Source: Eledone cirrhosa (Eukaryota). From it: a stretch of 64,000 nucleotides of DNA. The stretch's first letter is position 1. Each line of letters starts with the position of its first letter. The DNA lies in the NCBI GenBank assembly GCA_964016885.1, contig OZ024748.1, forward strand, positions 3,286,001 through 3,350,000, written 5' to 3'. The notes under the pieces are model-generated. The model worked only from the letters and a program-made list of their open reading frames with translations, was not told where the DNA came from and made no database searches. Shown here in pieces: positions 53,782-64,000 of this stretch. Both the position numbers and the translations under genes were made by a program.

Positions 53782-54812
53782 CAACAGCAGTAGTGGTGGT
53801 GGTGGTAACATATTTAATATTTCATTTAAAAGACATTTTCCATATCACTGAGTTGTTTAGAATGGAAGTAATCAGGAAGAAACCCTTAAATAATAAGAAT
53901 AATTGTTTCTACTTTTGGCACAAGGCCAGCAATTACCCCAGTGTATTACTGGTACTTTATTTTATCGACCCCTTAAGGATGAAAGGCAAAGTTAACCTCG
54001 GCGGGATTTGAGCTCATGCCGTAAAGAGACAGAACTCTATACTACAAAGCATGGCATCCAACCCTCTACTGATATTGAATAATGCTTTCTTTGTTAACCA
54101 CAAGGGTTGACATAAAGTATAACATTAAGGAGAGCACAGGAGGTGAATGTATTAACTAGCATGGTATACCAATCTCCCATCATCAATTAACTATCACACC
54201 TATGTCTGACTTGTGTCTTTATTTCATTGTTCTCTGCACTAACACATATATGTAAATGACTCTGTAACCTGGATGGATCTTCTTCAAGGGAACTTTAAGC
54301 GGGGTCACCTACCACAAGAACTACTGGTCACACCACCTAATCTCGCCGCAACCATCTCTCCAAGGACACATTCAGTTCTAACAACATTATCAGCCCTACC
54401 ACAACCAGGTGGAATACGATATATATACATACATATATACATATATATGTATATATATATATATATTATGGAGGCACATGGCTTAGTGGTTAGAGCATTG
54501 GCCTTGCAATCGAAAGGTTGTGAGTTTAATTCTCAGACCAGGTAATGTGTTGTTTCCTTGAGCAAGACACTTTATTTCACATTGCTCCAGTTTACTCAGC
54601 TGTAGAAATGAGATGATAGGGACTGGGGGCCCATATCATTCCACTGCAAAGTGGTCGTGGAGGTGCCACGGCAAAAAAGCACCCAGCACTCACTGTAAAT
54701 GAGGTTGGTGTTAGGAAGGGCATCCAGCTGTAGAAATCAAGCCAGAATCAGTTCCCGTCCCACCCTTGCAAGCAGGGAAAAGTGGATGTAAAATGAAATG
54801 ATGATGAAATGA

Positions 54813-54854
<42 letters not shown>

Positions 54855-55591
54855 AATAGTAATAAATGGAAAATATCACTATAAAATAAAGTACCAGTAA
54901 TGCACTGGTTAATTGCTGGCCTTGTGCCTAAAAGTAGAAACAATTATTATTAATAGTAATAAATAGAAAATATCACTATAGTATCATATATATATATATA
55001 TAGTGGGTGTAAAAGACACAGCAAACAGTACCTAGCACACACTATCAATGTGGTTAGCATTAGGAAGGGCATCCAGTTGTAGCAAATCAGCCGGAAACAC
55101 TCCTATATTAACGAGACATGGTCACCCGACCCAACTTGCTTCTAAATGGGACAAACCTGTCTAACCCATGCTAGCGTGGAAGATAGACGTAAATCAACGA
55201 TGATGATATATCTTTGGGAATATATATGTCTCCCTCTCTCTCTCTCTCTTTGGGGATATATACATATGCTCATTAACAAAAATGCAGCAAATTTTGTAAT
55301 AGAGTAAGAGTTACCATGACAACCACTTAAACTTTTTTTTTATTTATATATTTTTTTTTATTTATATATTTATTGTTATTATTTTTTTAATTCTTCCCTC
55401 TCACCCTCCTTCCTCTCTCTCTCTCTTTTTCCTTCTTTCCATTTCCTTTATAAACATCCAAAATTAGTCTAGATAGAATTTCTCTGACTACTGTCAGTCA
55501 TATTCAATGGGAAGAGAATAGATGAAATAAAGTAAAATAAAACAAAATAAAAAACAATACAAAAATATGTCAATAATATATATAAATATTC

Positions 55592-55819
<228 letters not shown>

Positions 55820-55889
55820 GAATAAGTTTTAAGCAAAAAGTAATCTTGGAGAAGGAGAGATATTGAGACTAATAGGTTGAGAGAGAGAA

Positions 55890-55992
<103 letters not shown>

Positions 55993-56597
55993 AATACGTT
56001 GGGAGATATATAGATAGAGAGAGAGAGAGAGAGAGGGATATGCATATATATATATATATATATACAGAGAGAGAGGGGGGGCAGAGGGGGGACTAAAAGG
56101 CTCAGAGATAGATTGATAGATAACGAGAGAGAGAGATAGGGGGACCAAGATACTCAGAGATAGAGAGAGGAAGACAGACTGAAGAGTAAACCTTTTGTAT
56201 TACTTTCTAGTACCAGCACCCCCTCCTCCACCATCACATATACAGCACCCCCTCCCTACAAAACACATGAGTCATTTCCTAAGGGACACAACTCTATCCA
56301 ATAATCCCTTCTAGTTCTAGAGCTAGAAAAAAACAACAACAAAAAACCCTAACAACAGAGAGATCAAATACAAAATCTCATATTTTTACCACCCATCTTT
56401 AAAAAATGGCGACAAATTTATGTATAGAATGTTTTACCAAGGCAGTAAATTGGTAGAATCGTTAGAATAGGAGACAGAATTCTTTAAGACTTTCGTTACT
56501 CCACTGTCAGCGTTCTGAAGATCAAATACCAATGAGATTAACTTTGTCTTTCAAACTTTTGAGGTTCATAAATAAACCACCACTCCAGTACTGGGGT

Positions 56598-56647
<50 letters not shown>

Positions 56648-56838
56648 AGGAGGTGAGTTTTATTGTAGCACAATAAAGCAATGCAAATATCGGATAAGTA
56701 GCACTCAACAGTTTATAGGACTGAAGTATAAATAATATAAGAACAAAAGATGGTTAAAAGAGTTCCATGTATTTTATATATGTTGATTTAACAATTCACT
56801 GCTCGCAAGTGTTTTTTAAGCTTCATATCATGTCTCCC

Positions 56839-56909
56839 TATTTTATCTGATGAGAACGCAAATATCATCCCATGATGATATTTGTTTTTGAAATGCGCAT
56901 AATAAAATA
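56839..56909 (+). ncRNA. Intact type I hammerhead ribozyme motif
   Basis: UAUUUUAU-CUGAUGA-[GCAAAUAUCAUC CCAU GAUGAUAUUUGU]-GAAA-UGCGCA-U-A-AUAAAAUA; 8-bp stem I, 12-bp stem II helix, palindromic stem III AUGCGCAU. Confidence 0.88.
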
Positions 56910-57344
56910 CATGGAACTCTTTTAACCATCTTTTTATCTTATATTCATCATCATCATTTTACGTCCGCTTTTCCCTGCTTGCAAGGGTGGGACAAGAACT
57001 GATTCTGGCTTGATTTCTACAGCTGGATGCCCTTCCTAACACCAACCTCATTTACAGTGAGTGCTGGGTGCTTTTTTTACGTGTCGCCTACACGTCCACT
57101 TTACAGTGTGGGCTGGGTGCTTTTTTGCCGTGGCACCTCTACGACCACTTTACATCTCATTTCTACAGCTGAGTAAACTGGAGCAATGTGAAATAAAGTG
57201 TCTTACTCAAGGAAACAACACATCACCCGATCTGAGAATTAAACTCACAACCTTTCGATTGCAAGGCCAATGCTCTAACCACTAAACCATGTGCCTCCAT
57301 AATATATATATATATATTATGGAGGGCACATGGATATATATATA

Positions 57345-57718
57345 TTAGAAAGTGAGGTTTTTTTACAAAATGAAATAACCGAGGTGTCCTACACAAGTGG
57401 AAGTATAAAGAAAAAAAGATGAAATCGAAAATGCAACTGGAGCCTTATTTTTTAAAAAATATATATATTTATTTGGTTCCTTTACCGGTTTCGCAGTTCT
57501 TCTGCTTTTCAAAAGTAGAGTTGAGATGGAGGGCCTGTGGTTTTTCTCACAGATGTGAGATGTGAGAAAAACATCACAGATGTGAAAAAAACCACAGACC
57601 CTCCATCTCAACTGTACTTTTGAAAAGCAGAAAAACTGCGAAACCGGTAAAGGAACCAAATAAATATATTTTTTTTAAAATAAGATTCCAGTTGCATTTT
57701 CGATTTCATCTTTTTTTT

Positions 57719-57724
<6 letters not shown>
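57345..57724. mobile_element. Fold-back element carrying U3-A8 hammerhead in both arms
   Basis: Arms about 57404-57550 and 57582-57724; (TA)n flanks. Confidence 0.8.
57617..57652 (+). ncRNA. Hammerhead motif, U3-A8 core variant (mirror on minus strand at about 57480-57515)
   Basis: CUU-UUGAAAA-[GCAG AAAAA CUGC]-GAAA-CCGG-U-A-AAG; the same core is present in both arms of the fold-back. Confidence 0.62.
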
Positions 57725-57753
<29 letters not shown>

Positions 57754-57900
57754 TATCAACGATATCAGATAAAATACAAAGTTTGTTTTATAAATATCCA
57801 GGAACGAGATCTTAAGGGTTCAAGTTTTTCCTGGATAGTTGAACATGAACCGTTAAGATCTCGTTCCTGGATAAGTCAATATTTATAAAACAAACTTTGT

Positions 57901-57959
57901 ATTTTATCTGATGAGGGTGTACCAAAGTGTTGGTACCCTTGAAATATATATAATAGAAT
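57901..57959 (+). ncRNA. Type I hammerhead ribozyme motif
   Basis: AUUUUAU-CUGAUGA-[gggu GUACCA AAGUGU UGGUAC ccuu]-GAAA-UAUAUA-U-A-AUAGAAU; 7-bp stem I. Confidence 0.82.
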
Positions 57960-58111
57960 AAATATGGTTTTTTAAATATAGTTTCCATTTACTTAATATC
58001 ATTGAATATTATACTCCAGAAAACCTGTCGAGTGCTCTGAATCAGTTATAAACATTTATATTTGTTGGATTACCGACAAATTAAATATCCCTTTCCTTAT
58101 ATATATATACA

Positions 58112-58172
<61 letters not shown>

Positions 58173-58183
58173 CTCTCTCTAAC

Positions 58184-58229
58184 AGGCTGAATAAGTTGGG
58201 GAGTATAACCCAACGAAACTTAAGTACCT
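58184..58229 (+). ncRNA. Hammerhead motif with damaged core
   Basis: AGG-CUGAAUAA-[GUUGGG...CCCAAC]-GAAA-CUUAAG-U-A-CCU; G8 missing, stems II and III intact. Confidence 0.55.
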
Positions 58230-58320
58230 ATACATGTCACTGTTGTAACTAATTTTACTTAACTCGTCCTATGGACTGAGTGCTCTTACCCTTGGATATT
58301 TCTACCAAACTTATATTACA

Positions 58321-58373
<53 letters not shown>

Positions 58374-58412
58374 TAGGAATAACCAAAGAGTGCTTAGAAA
58401 TACAGTTTTATT

Positions 58413-58459
58413 AGCTAACAGTGTTTCATCCATACACCATGGCAGGAATCATCAGAGCC
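58413..58459 (-). ncRNA. Type I hammerhead motif
   Basis: GGCU-CUGAUGA-[UUCC...GGAU]-GAAA-CACUG-U-U-AGCU. Confidence 0.62.
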
Positions 58460-59427
58460 TATAAACATGAGTATATCAGTAGTTGCATGCTCCATCGAGC
58501 TGCGTCACCAAAACAAGGTTAAATGACCAGCAGGGGGGTCCCGAGGCCAGCGCTATATGGAAAAAGACAGAATACATGATGCACATAGTGTCACAAAATT
58601 TCTTAAAAATTTCAAAAATTAAAAATTAAAAATTAAAAATTACACCAAAAATCTATCACTTATATGGTGCAATAGGTGATAAAGAGGTTGGGAAAGGGTA
58701 GCAATATATATATATATATTTACCCGGCCTAGATAGATATCATCATCATCATCATCATCACCATTTAACAGCCATTTTTCCATACTAGCATGGGTTAGAC
58801 GAGTTGTCCCGTTGAGAGACAAGGGAGATCAGATGACCATGTCTTATTCATACAAAACTGATCTTGACTTCGTTTCTAGTGCTGGACGTCCTTCTTAATG
58901 TCAACCACAAAAATGATTAAATCATATAAAAAGGGGGAAAAAGGAAAACTAATAAAAAAAAAAAAAGAAAGGAAAAAGTAAAATAAACGAGTTGCAACCA
59001 TTTAGAGTTTGGTAAGAATTTCTGTTAGAAAATCACAAGAGAGTAGATAGAGACAACAGTTGATTAATGGAGATCAATAGATAGGGGGGGGGGGGGTAGT
59101 GGTGGTGGTGGTGGTGGTGGTGACGGTGGTGGTGGTGGTGGTAGTGATGGTGGTGGTGGTGGTGACAGTGGTTGTAGTGGTGACGGTGGTGGTAGTGGTA
59201 GTGGTGGTGATGGTGGTGATGGTAGTATGTTGGTCATTGTGGTGGCATTAGTGGTAATGGTTGTGGTAATAGTGGTAGTGGTGGTGGCTGTAGTAGTGGT
59301 AGTAATAGAGGCTGTAGTAGAGGTAGTGGTGTTAGTGATGGTAGAGGCTGTAGTAGTAGTAGTAGTGATGGTAGTGGTAGTAGTAGTAGTAATAGTAGTA
59401 ATAGTAGTGGTAGTAGTGGTAGTAGTG

Positions 59428-59486
<59 letters not shown>

Positions 59487-59506
59487 AGTGGTAGTGGTAG
59501 TAGTAA

Positions 59507-59537
<31 letters not shown>

Positions 59538-59607
59538 GGTATTGGTGGTGGTGGTAGTAGTGGTAGTAGTGGTAGTAGTAGTGGTGGTGGTGGTAGTGGT
59601 AGTAGTG

Positions 59608-59672
<65 letters not shown>

Positions 59673-59751
59673 GGTAGTGGTGGTAGTAGTAGTAGTAGTG
59701 GTGGTGGTGGTGGTAGTGGTGGTAGTGGTAGTAGTGGTGGTAGTGGTAGTA

Positions 59752-59819
<68 letters not shown>

Positions 59820-59953
59820 GGTGGTGGTAGTGGTGGTAGTGGTGGTAGTGGTAGTAGTGACAGAGATAGATCTTACAGAGTTTTATATATATTGTTTTTG
59901 TTCACTGATCACAGACCTGAAAATATTGTCGTGGGTGGGAAGAAATAGATTGT

Positions 59954-60012
<59 letters not shown>

Positions 60013-60197
60013 GGTATATGTGACTATGTGTGTGTGTGTCCATGTGTATGTACATGTATATAAGTATATATGTGTGTGTGTGTACATGTATGTGAGAGTG
60101 TATGTGTCGGTACGCATATAGAAATATATATGTAGGCGTGTGTGAGCATGCATAGAAGTATATGTGAGTGTGGTGTGCTTGTATGTAGATATATGTG

Positions 60198-60236
<39 letters not shown>

Positions 60237-61061
60237 ATAAGTATATATGACTGTGTGTGTGTATGTGTGTGTACATGTATATAGGTATATGAGTGTGTGT
60301 GTGTGTGTGTGTGTGCACATGCATATAAGTATATTTGAGTGTGTGTGTGTGTACACATATAGAAATATATGTGTAGGTGTGAGTGTGTGCATATAGAAGT
60401 ATATATATATATAGGTGATTGTGTCCACGTATGTGTGAGTGTGTGTGCATGCATACAAGTATATATGTGAGTGTGTGTACATACATATAAGTATAAGTGT
60501 GAGAAGATTAGTTGGAAGCTAACGCGCGGGGGGGGGGGGCTTGAGAAGAAACTACATTAATTGAAACAGCTCCATTGCCAACACTTCCTGGAGATATTTC
60601 CATATTACACACACACAGGGATATGGACACACACATGTGTGTGTGTGTGTGTGTGTGTCGTGTGTGTGGTGTGTGTGTATGTGTCCCTGTGTGTGTAAAA
60701 GTAAAATATAAAAACTTCAGCATAACATCAGTTTATTGCATAACAACAGTTTCTGTAACAATCCTGCCCACAGCTGAGGTATCATACACTGGTAATTACA
60801 TAACTAGATTATAGCTGGACTTGATGTGGAAAGTCTGTTTCAAGGGTGGAGGTTCATTAGGCCTGTACTTATCCTGGTTACCTTGGTATAAAGTTACTGA
60901 GAGTACAAATCCTGCCCCTGGGCAGGATGTCTGTCCAATACAGGGTTAAACCTCCAGCTACTGCAGAGATTCATTATCAGCTGAGTATATTGGAGCAACA
61001 TTAAATGAAGTTTTTGGCTCAAGAACACAACAGACAACACAGCCGAGGAAACAAACCCATG

Positions 61062-61147
<86 letters not shown>

Positions 61148-61148
61148 G

Positions 61149-61248
61149 CAGGGTGTCCCAATAATGTATACATGCTTCAACAGCATTCTAATAAATATTG
61201 CCTGTAAAGGTAATCAAAGTGTGTCTACATTTTGGTGGGGTCACCCTG
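61149..61248. mobile_element. 100-bp Tc1/mariner-like MITE (inverted copy at about 39886-39986)
   Basis: CAGGGTG...CACCCTG termini in TA context; second copy in the opposite orientation. Confidence 0.65.
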
Positions 61249-61706
61249 TATATGTGAATATGCACAGTATATGTATGTGTGAATCAAACAATCAAGTTCC
61301 CACATTTGTTACAGTCTTGTTTAAATGTAGTCTCCACAATGCAGATAACTATAATAATACTTAATGAATCAAGTAAAGTAATCCTGGGATACAGAAAAAA
61401 GAGTGAAAAGAAATGCCACTATTTTCTGTCTCCAGAAATATTTTACTTCAACTAGTATATATAGTTATCTGCATGTCAGTGACTAAATCTCATATTGAAA
61501 AATTTCCAAATGCTTTTATAATAATCACCACGTGTACATATGCTTGTATGTATATCCACATTACCTATCTATATGTATGTATATATATTTATATATATAT
61601 ATACACACATGCTCATTATCTCTCTCTATATATATGTGTGTGTATGTGTGTGTGTGTGTGTGTGTGTACATGTGTGTATGTGCACAGAAACGTATATACT
61701 CCTGTA

Positions 61707-61737
<31 letters not shown>

Positions 61738-61812
61738 TATATATATATATATATACATACACACACACACACACACAAACACATATATATATATATGTAC
61801 ACACATATATAC

Positions 61813-61970
<158 letters not shown>

Positions 61971-62027
61971 ACACCTTGCAAGCAGGGAAATGCGGACGTA
62001 AAATGATGATGATGATGATGATGATAT

Positions 62028-62058
<31 letters not shown>

Positions 62059-62127
62059 CACACACACACATATATATATATACACACACACACATATATA
62101 TATATACACACACACACCCACACACAG

Positions 62128-62177
<50 letters not shown>

Positions 62178-62294
62178 ACACATATATATATATATATACA
62201 TACATCCATCTTAATCAAGATTCCCTACTTTAGTGGCACTGATCCAGATCAAGGCTGATGGAAGCTCAAAGACTTCAAACAGACACAAATTAGA

Positions 62295-62850
62295 AGTGTG
62301 TATGCATGTGTGTTTCTGTGTATGCATGCATGTGTGTATCTGTGCATGTGTGTTTCTGTGTATGCATGTGTGTTTCTGTGTATGCATGTGTGTTTCTGTG
62401 TATGCATGTGTGTTTCTGTGCATGTGTGTTTCTGTGTATGCATGCATGTGTATCTGTGCATGTGTGTTTCTGTGTATGCATGCATGTGTATCTGTGCATG
62501 TGTGTTTCTGTGTATGCATGTATGTGTGTATCTGTGCATGTGTGTTTCTGTGTATGCATGCACGTGTGTATCTGTGCATGTGTGTTTCTATGTATGCATG
62601 CATGTGTATCTGTGCATGTGTGTTTCTGTGTATGCATGCATGTGTGTATCTGTGCATGTGTGTTTCTGTGTATGCATGTATGTGACCGTGTGAGTGTGTT
62701 TATGAGTGTGGTGTTTCTGTGTATGCATGTATGTGACCGTGTGAGTGTGTTTATGAGTGTGCATGTGACCGTGTGAGTGTGTTTATGAGTGTGCATGTGA
62801 CCGTGTGAGTGTGTTTGAGTGTGCATGTGACCGTGTGAGTGTGTGTTTAT
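62295..62850. repeat. TG-rich compound minisatellite
   Basis: Units gcatgtgtgtttctgtgtat and gtgaccgtgtgagtgtgttt. Confidence 0.9.
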
Positions 62851-63460
62851 CAGTATGTTTCTGCATATATGTCTGCGTGAAGTGTTTTTTAAGTGTAACT
62901 AGGAATGTCATAGACAATCATCTCTCCAATCACTAACAGACCACTGTATCTGTGGGAGTGTATAGAATGTAACACACACACATATCTACACACACGCATA
63001 TATATATATATATATATTCAGCCGTAATAAAATGACTAATAAAACTCTACTTTAGTATTGAGTACTCCTTTCCCTCAGCCGTCAACCACATACACGTATC
63101 ATTTCATCATCATCATCATTTTACGTCCACTTTTCCCTGCTTGCAAGGGTGGGACGGGAACTGATGCTGGCTTGATTTCTACAGCTGGATGCCCTTCCTA
63201 ACACCAACCTCATTTACAGTGAGTGCTGGGTGCTTTTTTGCCGTGGCACCTCCACAACCACTTTGCAGTGGAATGATATGGACCCCAGTCCCTATCATTT
63301 CATTTCTACAGCTGAGTAAACTGGAGCAATGTGAAATAAAGTGTCTTGCTCAAGGAAACAACACATCACCCGGTCTGAGAATTGAACTCACAACCTTTTG
63401 ATTGCAAGGCCAATGCTCTAACCACTAAGCCATGTGCCTCCATATATGTGTGTGTGAGTG

Positions 63461-63498
<38 letters not shown>

Positions 63499-63532
63499 CG
63501 TGTATATAAATATGTGTGTATGTGTATATATA

Positions 63533-63565
<33 letters not shown>

Positions 63566-63584
63566 ATATATATATGTGTGTGTG

Positions 63585-63619
<35 letters not shown>

Positions 63620-63789
63620 ATGTGTGTGTGTATGTGTGTGTTTATATATATATATTTATATATATTTGTTTTGCGAGGTTTTTGATATGAAACAAACGCA
63701 TGCACAGAGAAGACAAAAATAAATAAATAAATAAACAGATAAAATAAAGATGGCGTAAATATACAATACAACAGGAGAAACATAATAGC

Positions 63790-63831
63790 ACCACTGACGA
63801 TGTTGCAGATGTGCAACGAAAGAACTTTGTT
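63790..63831 (+). ncRNA. Type I hammerhead motif related to the 30425 copy
   Basis: ACCA-CUGACGA-u[GUUGCA GAUG UGCAAC]-GAAA-GAAC-U-U-UGUU; stem I has one mismatch. Confidence 0.68.
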
Positions 63832-64000
63832 AGACTATATATATGTGTTTGTGTCTATATTATATCTGTATTTTTGATCGTTGGTCAGTCAATGGTAAAC
63901 ATTGAGGACCGAATAAATTAACTGATATAAAAGACACAGAAGGGAAAACCAACCAAACAGTGAGTGTGTTCTGTTATTTCTAGCAATATTATTACAACAA

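Noticed and set aside
54250-54420. Possible upstream coding exon containing the start codon
   Set aside because: No phase-compatible minus-strand exon with convincing splice sites; more likely a decayed TE fragment.

Overview
AT-rich, microsatellite-saturated animal genomic DNA. The SINE/LINE complement and intron style point to a coleoid cephalopod, probably an octopus (inference). The window lies inside one minus-strand gene, a BAZ2B/BAZ2A (toutatis)-family chromatin-remodelling subunit. Eleven phase-compatible GT-AG exons (48000 down to 5629, about 650 codons) encode the N-terminal region, an AT-hook, the MBD/TAM domain and the start of the coiled coil, and there is a candidate 39-nt cassette exon. 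The start codon and the DDT/PHD/bromodomain exons were not found in the window. Nearly all long ORFs in the supplied track are simple-repeat artefacts. Introns hold tRNA-derived SINEs, RTE, CR1/L2 and R4/Dong-like LINE fragments, MITEs, a short Helitron and several minisatellites. The most striking hidden structure is a set of short, often fold-back elements sitting in (TA)n tracts. About a dozen carry minimal type I hammerhead ribozyme motifs, most with a different palindromic stem III, some with very long stem II inserts and some with a U3-A8 core covariation. One is attached to a Penelope-type GIY-YIG C-terminus. The MBD exon has a Ser (AGC) codon where homologues have Gly, a candidate restorative A-to-I editing site.
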